NCBI RefSeq assembly: GCF_965230835.1 | Contig: NZ_CBDDLW010000001.1 | Coordinates: 13,566-77,565 of the forward strand | Reading direction: 5' to 3' | Length of the DNA stretch: 64,000 nt | Origin: Mycobacterium sp. | Lineage (GTDB): Bacteria > Actinomycetota > Actinomycetes > Mycobacteriales > Mycobacteriaceae | Shown here: positions 56,629 through 64,000 of the stretch, piece after piece | Position numbering within the stretch: position 1 is the first letter of the stretch | Layout of the letters: the number at the start of each line of letters is the position of its first letter | The notes under the pieces: generated by a model | The model's input: only the letters and a program-made list of their open reading frames with translations | What the model was told of the DNA's origin: nothing | The model's database searches: none | Program-made: the position numbers and the translations under genes

Positions 56629-58599
56629 TCAAAGGCGCACCGGGTACTGCGGCTCGCGGATTTGCGGCGCCACACTGTGCTCGACGAATATCGCATGCCA
56701 CAGCATGAAAATCAGTATCGTCCACAATCGGCGGCTGTGATCGTTGGTGCCGCGTCGGTGCTCGTCGAGCATCTCGCGCACCGCAGCACTGTCGATGAGG
56801 TGATTGGTTTGCGATGAGTCGACCATCGCGTGAGCCCATTCCAGAAGTTCCCCGGCGCGCAGCCAATGCCGGATGGGGACCGGGAATCCGAGTTTCGGCC
56901 GATGCAACACATGCGCTGGAACGACGGGTTCCAGCGCCCGTCGCAACGCGTACTTGGTGGTGGTTCGGGTGATCTTTGCCTTTAGCGGCAATCGCGAGGC
57001 CACGGCGAACACCTCGGGATCTAGGAACGGCACCCGTAGTTCCAGGGAATTGGCCATGGTTATCTTGTCGGCCTTGACCAGAATGTCGCCACGCAGCCAG
57101 GTGAGCAGGTCGACGTGTTGCATGCGGGCGACTGGATCCCAGCCCGCGGACTCGGCGTAGATGGGCGCCGTCACGTCGGTGTGGTTCCAGTCGGGCCGGA
57201 ATCCGGGCAGTACCGCGCGCAGTTGTGCGTCAGAGAAACTGCGTGCATTGCCGTAGTAGCGCTCTTCGAGGGTCAACGACCCACGGTGCAGCAGACTCTT
57301 GCCCCGTATGCCTTCTGGCAGCGGTTTGGACACCTTTCCCATCGACCGCCGCACGGGTTGGGGTAGGTAGTCGAACGGCCGCAACGACAGCGGCTCACGA
57401 TAGATCGTGTAGCCGCCGAACAGCTCGTCGGCGCCCTCACCCGATAACACCACTTTGACGTGTTTGCGGGCCTCGCGAGCCACGAAGAATAGCGGTACCA
57501 GCGCGGGGTCTGCGACTGGCTCGTCGAGATACCAGACGATCTCAGGCAAGGCCGCGACGAACTCCTCCGCGCTGACCACCTTCGCGATGTGGCGCGCGCC
57601 GATGGCCTCGGCGGAGGCAACCGCGACGTCAATCTCGGAGAAGCCTTCGCGCTCGAAACCGGTGGTGAATGTGATCAGCCGCGGGTTGTGTCGGATGGCA
57701 AGCGCGGCGATCGCCGTAGAGTCGATCCCCCCGGACAGGAACGCGCCCACGGTGACGTCGGCGCGCATGTGCTTGGCCACCGAGTCCTCCAGCGCCGAAG
57801 TTATCTCGTCGTAGCGAGCCTGTTCGGTGCCGCGGGTGATCGGCGTGGCCGCGAATCGGGGCGCGAAGTAGCGGGTGACCTCCGGGGCAAGCTGGCTGGG
57901 GCGGATTCTGGCGTAGCAGCCTGATGCGAGCCGGCGCACTCCGCGCTGCAGCGTCTCTGGCTCGGGCACGTATTGCAGAACCGTGTAGTGCTGTAGTGCC
58001 CGGTGATCGATAGCGGGGTCGAATTTCACCAACTCGACCAAGTCAAGCAGGCATTTCTTTTCGCTGGCCACTGCGGTACCGCCGTCGCCGGTGGCGATAA
58101 ACAGCGGCTTGATCCCGAATGGGTCGCGGGCGCAGAACAGCTCACGGGTGACGGTATCCCAGAGGGCGAACGCGAACATGCCGCGCAGTCGATTCAGGAC
58201 GTCCGCGCCCCAGTAGTGGTAACCAGCGGCGATCGCTTCACCGTCGCCTTCTGTGGAAAAAGTGGCGCCGTGTCGGTTGGCTAGGGCGTCGCGTAGTTCC
58301 AGGTAGTTGTAGATCTCCCCGTTGAACACCAGCACGTAACGACCGGGTGTTTCCGGTGGCCCCCACCGTAAGGGCTGATGCGAATGCGCAATGTCGATGA
58401 TGGACAGCCTGTTGAACCCGAAAACAACGGTGCCGTCGGCGTGTGGATCGGTCCAGGTGCCCGGTTCGTCAGGCCCCCGGTGGCGCATCAAATGTGCTGC
58501 GCGGGCGATTGAGATGTCGGCGTGGGCGGCTGGAACTGCAGCGGCGTCGGGGGAGGCGGCCGCGGTTGGGGCCGAAACGAACGCCAGCAGTCCACACAC
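56629..58599 (-). CDS. asnB: Glutamine-hydrolysing asparagine synthase / amidotransferase
   Basis: N-terminal (M)CG, HRGPD, FNGEIYN, RDPFGIKP, LSGGIDS, SGEGADE. Confidence 0.95.
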   Translation of the reverse strand: MCGLLAFVSAPTAAASPDAAAVPAAHADISIARAAHLMRHRGPDEPGTWTDPHADGTVVFGFNRLSIIDIAHSHQPLRWGPPETPGRYVLVFNGEIYNYLELRDALANRHGATFSTEGDGEAIAAGYHYWGADVLNRLRGMFAFALWDTVTRELFCARDPFGIKPLFIATGDGGTAVASEKKCLLDLVELVKFDPAIDHRALQHYTVLQYVPEPETLQRGVRRLASGCYARIRPSQLAPEVTRYFAPRFAATPITRGTEQARYDEITSALEDSVAKHMRADVTVGAFLSGGIDSTAIAALAIRHNPRLITFTTGFEREGFSEIDVAVASAEAIGARHIAKVVSAEEFVAALPEIVWYLDEPVADPALVPLFFVAREARKHVKVVLSGEGADELFGGYTIYREPLSLRPFDYLPQPVRRSMGKVSKPLPEGIRGKSLLHRGSLTLEERYYGNARSFSDAQLRAVLPGFRPDWNHTDVTAPIYAESAGWDPVARMQHVDLLTWLRGDILVKADKITMANSLELRVPFLDPEVFAVASRLPLKAKITRTTTKYALRRALEPVVPAHVLHRPKLGFPVPIRHWLRAGELLEWAHAMVDSSQTNHLIDSAAVREMLDEHRRGTNDHSRRLWTILIFMLWHAIFVEHSVAPQIREPQYPVRL

Positions 58600-58800
58600 G
58601 GCGCCCCAGTATGCCGCACTGTGGCGGCCTTGGATATGCCCCTGTAGATGTCGCGCGCGGCGTTCGAGATGACCAGGCAGTCGCCCGGTCAGACCGCGTG
58701 GTCTACGCTGCGTAGTATTCGACATCCGAGTTAGCCGACGGGTTCCGCCGCAGGCGGCGCTTCGCCAGCCGGTCCAGCTTGTGATATAGGAGGCGCCAAC

Positions 58801-59898
58801 GTGACACTTCGCGAGCCAGGTCGTTCGCAATGCTTGTCGCAGTGCAGATCTCAGCATCGTTCCGAAGGCCAACGGCGAGGTTCCGCTCGTCGCCTTCGGC
58901 TGGTGGCATTGGCCGGGACGTTCGCCACGCTGGCCGTTACTCTGAGCGGCTGCAGCTGGTCTGAAGCACTGGGTATGGGATGGCCGGAAGGTATTACTCC
59001 GGAAGCTCACTTCAACCGGGAGTTGTGGATCGGTTCGGTGATCGCGTCCCTGGTCGTGGGCGCCATCGTGTGGGGTCTGATCTTCTGGTCGGCGACGTTC
59101 CACCGGAAGAAAAAAACCGACACCGACCTTCCGCGTCAGTTCGGCTACAACATGCCGCTTGAGCTGGTGCTCACTCTCACTCCGTTCCTGATCATTTCGG
59201 TGCTGTTCTATTTCACCGTGGTGGTGCAGGAGAAGATGCTGAAGATCGCCGACGATCCGGAGGTGGTCATTGACATCACTGCTTTCCAGTGGAACTGGAA
59301 GTTCGGTTACCAGAGCGTCAATTTCAAAGACGGCACCTTGACCTACGACGGTGCCGACCCGGCGCGCAAGCGGGCAATGGCGTCCAAGCCAGAGGGCACC
59401 GACGAGCACGGCGAGGAGCGTGTCGGGCCGGTTCGAGGGCTGAACACCGAGGACCGAACCTACTTGAACTACGACAAAGTCGAGACTTTGGGAACCAGCT
59501 CTGAAATTCCGGTCCTCGTGCTCCCGGTGGGCAAGCGGATCGAATTTCAAATGGCGTCTGCTGATGTGATACATGCCTTCTGGGTGCCAGAGTTCTTGTT
59601 CAAGCGTGACGTGATGCCCAATCCGAAAGCAAACAACTCTGTCAACGTCTTCCAGATTGAAGAGATCACCAAGACGGGGGCTTTCGTAGGCCACTGCGCC
59701 GAGATGTGTGGGACTTACCATTCCATGATGAATTTCGAGGTTCGGGTGGTAACTGCCAACGACTTCCACGCCTATCTGCAACAACGCGTCGACGGAAAGA
59801 CCAACGCCGAGGCTCTGCAGGCGATCGACCAGCCACCTCGCGCGGTGACCACCCACCCGTTCGACACCCGCCGCGGTGAATTGGCCCCGAGGCAGTAA
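58801..59898 (+). CDS. ctaC: Cytochrome c oxidase subunit II
   Basis: Lipobox LSGC, FQWNW, DVIHAF, CuA motif CAEMCGTYH. Confidence 0.96.
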   Translation: MTLREPGRSQCLSQCRSQHRSEGQRRGSARRLRLVALAGTFATLAVTLSGCSWSEALGMGWPEGITPEAHFNRELWIGSVIASLVVGAIVWGLIFWSATFHRKKKTDTDLPRQFGYNMPLELVLTLTPFLIISVLFYFTVVVQEKMLKIADDPEVVIDITAFQWNWKFGYQSVNFKDGTLTYDGADPARKRAMASKPEGTDEHGEERVGPVRGLNTEDRTYLNYDKVETLGTSSEIPVLVLPVGKRIEFQMASADVIHAFWVPEFLFKRDVMPNPKANNSVNVFQIEEITKTGAFVGHCAEMCGTYHSMMNFEVRVVTANDFHAYLQQRVDGKTNAEALQAIDQPPRAVTTHPFDTRRGELAPRQ

Positions 59899-59911
59899 GT
59901 TAGGACATCCA

Positions 59912-60331
59912 ATGCATATCGAAGCCAGGCTGTTCGAGTTCGTCGCCGCGTTCTTTCTTCTGACGGCAGTGCTATACGGCGTGCTGACTTCGGTGTTCGC
60001 CACCGGTGGTGTCGAGTGGGCCGGCACTACTGCGCTCGCTTTGACGGGCGGGATGGCGTTCATCGTGGCCACCTTCTTCCGGTTCGTGGCTCGCCGGCTC
60101 GACACCCGGCCGGAGGATTACGAAGGCGCTGAGATCAGCGACGGGGCAGGAGAATTGGGCTTCTACAGCCCGCACAGTTGGTGGCCGATCATGGTCGCTT
60201 TGTCGGCTTCGGTGGCTGCGGTCGGTATCGCATTGTGGCTTTCCTGGTTGATCTTCGCCGGCGTGGTTTTAGTCCTCGCATCGGCGGCCGGTTTGGTCTT
60301 CGAGTACTACGTCGGTCCCGAGAAACATTGA
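59912..60331 (+). CDS. ctaF: Cytochrome c oxidase subunit IV
   Basis: [25 protein letters not shown]. Confidence 0.93.
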   Translation: MHIEARLFEFVAAFFLLTAVLYGVLTSVFATGGVEWAGTTALALTGGMAFIVATFFRFVARRLDTRPEDYEGAEISDGAGELGFYSPHSWWPIMVALSASVAAVGIALWLSWLIFAGVVLVLASAAGLVFEYYVGPEKH

Positions 60332-60513
60332 TCGGTGCCGGAAAGGTCACAATCAGAGCAACAGTTGCTCGGGGGTCAGTTCGTCGAGACTTCTGCGCTA
60401 CGGCCGGTTGGGTAGGGTAACCGAGGCACCATGAGAATCCACCGGGCGTGGGCGCGACGGTATAGATGCGAAGCCCCGCGTTATGGAGATGCAGTTGGAC
60501 AGGGTAGGCAAAC

Positions 60514-61470
60514 ATGAGCGGGCCGAATCCCCCGGGATGGGAACCTGAAGAACCTGAACCCGCCGGTGCATCCAGCGGCGAGCTGGTACCCGAGTGGCAA
60601 ACCGGCGGCGACAATGGAAACAAGCTGGACGTGGGGATCGAGCCTGGCGAACTAATCGAACCTCGCAGCGGTGGCCACGAAGGTGGGCCGAGCGACATAA
60701 CCACCGAACTCGACGAATATTCGCGAGCGTACTCAGCGCCGGAACACGAGCAGTTCACCGGCGGCCCTTACGTACCTGCTGATCTCGGCCTTTACGACTA
60801 CGACAGTTATGACGAGCTGTCCGATCCAGATGACGAGCCGGCCGCGCCGCGCTGGCCGTGGGTGCTTGGCGTCGCTGCGATCATTGCCGCCATTGCCTTA
60901 GTGGTATCGGTGTCGTTGCTCGTGACACGCACCGGTGTCCATAAACTCGCCACTCCCAGCACCACTGTGTCGGTACCGCCTGTGCAGGACGAGATCACGA
61001 CAACCAAGCCGCCGCCGCCACCACCCCCGCCGCCGCCACCACCCACCACCGAGATCCCGACAGAGACGGAAACGGAGACCGTGACTGTGACGCCTCCACC
61101 TCCACCTCCGCCTCCACCTCCGCCGGAGACCACAACGCCGCCGCCAGAAACCGGCACGGCAGCCCCCCCGCCTCCCCCCCCAACAACAACGCTGGCCGGT
61201 CCGCGACAAGTCACCTACGCGGTGACCGGCACGAAAGCGCCGGGCGACATCATTTCTGTGACTTATGTCGATGCCTCCGGTCGCAGACGGACGCAGCACA
61301 ACGTCTATATCCCCTGGTCGATAACCGTCACACCGATCTCGCACTCTGACGTGGGCTCGGTCGAGGCACACAGTCTCTTCCGAGTCAGCAAACTCAACTG
61401 CTCGATCACCACCAGCGACGGAACGGTGCTCTCATCCAATTCCAACGACGCAGCGCAGACGAGGTGTTGA
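60514..61470 (+). CDS. mmpS3: MmpS3 (LamA-like) Pro-rich membrane protein
   Basis: AYSAPE, RWPW TM helix, poly-Pro linker, VTYAVTG...PWS...LNCSI MmpS domain. Confidence 0.92.
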   Translation: MSGPNPPGWEPEEPEPAGASSGELVPEWQTGGDNGNKLDVGIEPGELIEPRSGGHEGGPSDITTELDEYSRAYSAPEHEQFTGGPYVPADLGLYDYDSYDELSDPDDEPAAPRWPWVLGVAAIIAAIALVVSVSLLVTRTGVHKLATPSTTVSVPPVQDEITTTKPPPPPPPPPPPPTTEIPTETETETVTVTPPPPPPPPPPPETTTPPPETGTAAPPPPPPTTTLAGPRQVTYAVTGTKAPGDIISVTYVDASGRRRTQHNVYIPWSITVTPISHSDVGSVEAHSLFRVSKLNCSITTSDGTVLSSNSNDAAQTRC

Positions 61471-62102
61471 TGGTTGGCAGGTCTTCGGCATACCGGCGTG
61501 GGCCGGACACCATCTCAGCGGACGTCGTTGACCGCATCATGGTCGGGGCGTGCGCCGCAGTCTGGCTGGTGCTGGTAGGCGTCAGCGTGGCCGCTGCAGT
61601 TGCCTTGGTCGACCTGGGTCGCGGTTTCCACAAGATGGCAGACAGTCCGCACACCACTTGGGTGTTGTACGCCGTTATTGTCATTTCCGCGCTGGTTATC
61701 GCTGTTGCTATCCCGGTACTGCTGCGGACTCGGCGGGTGGCTCACGCGGAACCGCCGCCGTGGTCGGTGCGCGTCAGGAGCGCGTCTCATCCCGTTGCGG
61801 AGCGCTCTGCGGCGCGCAGTCTGGGGCAGTCGAAGCGTGCTGAGCCAGCCGAGGCTGTTGGCGGGGGAGCCGAGTGGTTCGGCCAGGCGGTGGACAGGAT
61901 TTGGCTGCGGGGAACGTTGGCGCTGGCAGGCGCTATAGGGATGGCATTGATTGCGGTTGCGACGGCGACCTATCTGATGGCTGTCCGCCACGAAGGAGCA
62001 TCTTGGGTCAGCTACGGTCTAGCCGGTGCGATTACCGCGGGAATGCCGGTGATCGAATGGCTCTACGTTCGTCAGCTGCGCCGAGTGGTTGCCCAGCTCT
62101 AA
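61470..62102 (+). CDS. DUF2561 membrane protein (Rv2197c-like)
   Basis: SAYRRGP, four TM helices, VDRIWLRG, AGMPVIEW. Confidence 0.88.
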   Translation: MVGRSSAYRRGPDTISADVVDRIMVGACAAVWLVLVGVSVAAAVALVDLGRGFHKMADSPHTTWVLYAVIVISALVIAVAIPVLLRTRRVAHAEPPPWSVRVRSASHPVAERSAARSLGQSKRAEPAEAVGGGAEWFGQAVDRIWLRGTLALAGAIGMALIAVATATYLMAVRHEGASWVSYGLAGAITAGMPVIEWLYVRQLRRVVAQL

Positions 62103-62603
62103 ACGCGCTCTGACGCCGGAATTTCGGTGCTCCTCGGCGAACGCGAGCAGCGTTGGCCCTGCAACGACATCCGCCGCAGGGTACGGCGTCGCTAGGTTCA
62201 GGGCGCTCCTGGCCGGTTACGGAGCGCTCTGCGGCGCGCAGTCTGGGGCAGTCGAAGCGTGCTGAGCCAGCCGAGGCTGTTGGCGGGGGAGCCGAGTGGT
62301 TCGGCCAGGCGGTGGACAGGATTTGGCTGCGGGGAACGTTGGCGCTGGCAGGCGCTATAGGGATGGCATTGATTGCGGTTGCGACGGCGACCTATCTGAT
62401 GGCTGTCCGCCACGAAGGAGCATCTTGGGTCAGCTACGGTCTAGCCGGTGCGATTACCGCGGGAATGCCGGTGATCGAATGGCTCTACGTTCGTCAGCTG
62501 CGCCGGGTGGTTGCCCAGCTCTAAACGCGCTCTGACGCCGGAATTTCGGTGCTCATCGGCCAACGCGAGCAGCGTTGGCCCTGCAACGAGATCCGCCGCA
62601 GGG
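61798..62603 (+). repeat. Direct duplication of 384 bp (61798-62181 and 62220-62603)
   Basis: Offset 422 bp; four mismatches found by eye; 38-bp spacer; covers the last ~100 codons of the Rv2197c-like gene plus 79 bp of 3' flank. Confidence 0.95.
62153..62524 (+). pseudogene. Second, partial copy of the Rv2197c-like C-terminus (possible chimeric ORF from a TTG)
   Basis: 123-aa ORF whose last ~100 aa equal the upstream gene; no evident RBS. Confidence 0.55.
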
Positions 62604-62638
62604 CGCAGCAGCCGCCAGGATTGGCAGCGTCGCTGAGG

Positions 62639-64000
62639 CTAGTGCTCCCCGTCTGATGAGTTCGAGACGCTTTCCTGATGCTCGCGCAATGCCGTCAAGG
62701 CACGTTGTTCGGCGGCATGCCCGGACTCGCGTAGCGCGGCATCCTCTGATTCCGGATCGGCGAACAGGAAGCTGCCGCTTCCCGGCGAGCCTGCCGAGCC
62801 CAGCTTGTTCATCCGCTTGGGCAGGGGAGTGCCCTGGTACTCCAGCGGAATGGGGTGGCCGTGTTCGTCGACCGGCCCCAGCGGTTGATGCAACTCGACA
62901 TAGGCGCCGTGCGGCAGCCGCTTGATGATGCCGGTCTCAATGCCGTGCTCGAGAACTGACCGGTCGCTGCGTTGCAGCCCGATACACCATCGATAGGTGA
63001 CGAAGTAGACCAGTGGCGGAAGAATCACCATGCTTATCCGCGCGATCCAGGTCGTCGCGTTCAGCGAGATATGGAAGTTCAGTGCGATGATGTCGTTCAT
63101 CGCCGCCAAGGTGAGCACCATGTAGAAGCTGATTGCCATGGCGCCGATGGCAGTGCGCACCGGTGCGTCCCGCGGACGCTGCAGCAGGTTGTGGTGGGCG
63201 TAGTCGCCAGTGAATCGTTTCTCCAGGAATGGGTAGACGATCAGCAGGACGAAGACGAGGGTCATGATTATCGCGACCCAAACCACGGCGGGGATTGTGT
63301 GATGCCAGAAGTAGAACTCCCACGGAGGCCAAATACGTGCCAGACCCTCGGTCCACATCATGTAGAAGTCAGGCTGTGAGCCGGCCGAGACCTGCGATGG
63401 CTTGTAGGGGCCGAGATTCCAGATCGGGTTGATTTGCAGTAGCCCACCCATCAAGGCGAGCACGCCGACGATGCTCGCGAAATAGGCGCCGGACTTGAAC
63501 GCGAATACCGGCATGACCCGCACGCCGACGACGTTGTGCTCGGTCCGTCCCGGACCGGGGAACTGCGTGTGCTTCTGGAACCACACCAATGCCAGATGCA
63601 TCCCGATCAGCGCCAGGATGATCCCGGGAAGCAGCAGAATATGCAACGCGTAGAGCCGGGGGATCAGGATCGTGCCCGGGAAATCGCCCCCGAACAGAGC
63701 CCAGTGCAACCAGGTTCCGATCACCGGCATGCCCAGCGTGATCGATGAGAGCGCGGCGCGCAGGCCGATACCGGACAGCAGGTCGTCAGGCAGCGAGTAG
63801 CCGAAATAGCCTTCGAACATCGCCAAGATCAGCAGCAGCGAACCAATAACCCAGTTGGCCTCGCGCGGGCGCCGAAACGCCCCGGTAAAAAAGATGCGTG
63901 CTAGGTGCACCATGATCGCCGCTGCGAACATCAACGCAGCCCAGTGGTGGATCTGGCGGACGAATAAGCCGCCACGGACTTCGAAGGAAATATCCAGGGC
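62639..64000 (-). CDS. qcrB: Cytochrome bcc cytochrome b subunit (5' end outside window)
   Basis: [36 protein letters not shown]. Confidence 0.96.
   Translation of the reverse strand, partial: ALDISFEVRGGLFVRQIHHWAALMFAAAIMVHLARIFFTGAFRRPREANWVIGSLLLILAMFEGYFGYSLPDDLLSGIGLRAALSSITLGMPVIGTWLHWALFGGDFPGTILIPRLYALHILLLPGIILALIGMHLALVWFQKHTQFPGPGRTEHNVVGVRVMPVFAFKSGAYFASIVGVLALMGGLLQINPIWNLGPYKPSQVSAGSQPDFYMMWTEGLARIWPPWEFYFWHHTIPAVVWVAIIMTLVFVLLIVYPFLEKRFTGDYAHHNLLQRPRDAPVRTAIGAMAISFYMVLTLAAMNDIIALNFHISLNATTWIARISMVILPPLVYFVTYRWCIGLQRSDRSVLEHGIETGIIKRLPHGAYVELHQPLGPVDEHGHPIPLEYQGTPLPKRMNKLGSAGSPGSGSFLFADPESEDAALRESGHAAEQRALTALREHQESVSNSSDGEH

Noticed and set aside
58600-60105. 502-codon upstream extension of the asnB ORF (1,158-aa call)
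   Set aside because: It is antisense to ctaC/ctaF, and Ntn amidotransferases need Cys at position 2, which fixes the start at 58599. This is a GC-rich shadow frame.
61005-61190. CCG/CCT/CCA-rich low-complexity runs
   Set aside because: They encode the known poly-proline linker of MmpS3.

Overview
High-GC window from a Mycobacterium-like genome. It is syntenic, in reverse orientation, with the M. tuberculosis H37Rv Rv2237 to Rv2196 interval (orthology assigned from recalled sequences, not from searches). Core genes run cobD, ptpA/ptkA, cobC, RNase H/phosphatase, rnpB, CYTH-CHAD, panB, hip1/caeB, glnA2-glnE, glnA1, lipAB, dlaT, ephD, pepB, adenylate cyclase, gcvT, ilvE, cobST, adoK, asnB, ctaC-ctaF, mmpS3 and qcrB. 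Two accessory regions interrupt this backbone. (1) At 8.2-11.3 kb, just 3' of rnpB, a tyrosine-integrase remnant points at the rnpB 3' end, followed by an MFS transporter whose last helix is split by an IS256-family element. (2) At 24.75-35.76 kb, between glnE/PaaI thioesterase and glnA1, there is a complete IS21 element, an F420-dependent nitroreductase (Ddn-like) gene split by a 2,424-bp IS256-family element, an mmpS-mmpL pair and an AT-rich SDR gene. The best hit is that 2,424-bp element: one pair of terminal inverted repeats and a perfect 9-bp target duplication enclose both a transposase and a passenger SDR gene, so it looks like an IS256 transporter IS that moved as a unit. Also seen: a 384-bp near-identical duplication of the Rv2197c-like 3' end, a loopless 36-bp palindrome on the mmpL stop, and a truncated Rv2237-like remnant. 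No tRNA, rRNA or CRISPR array was found.
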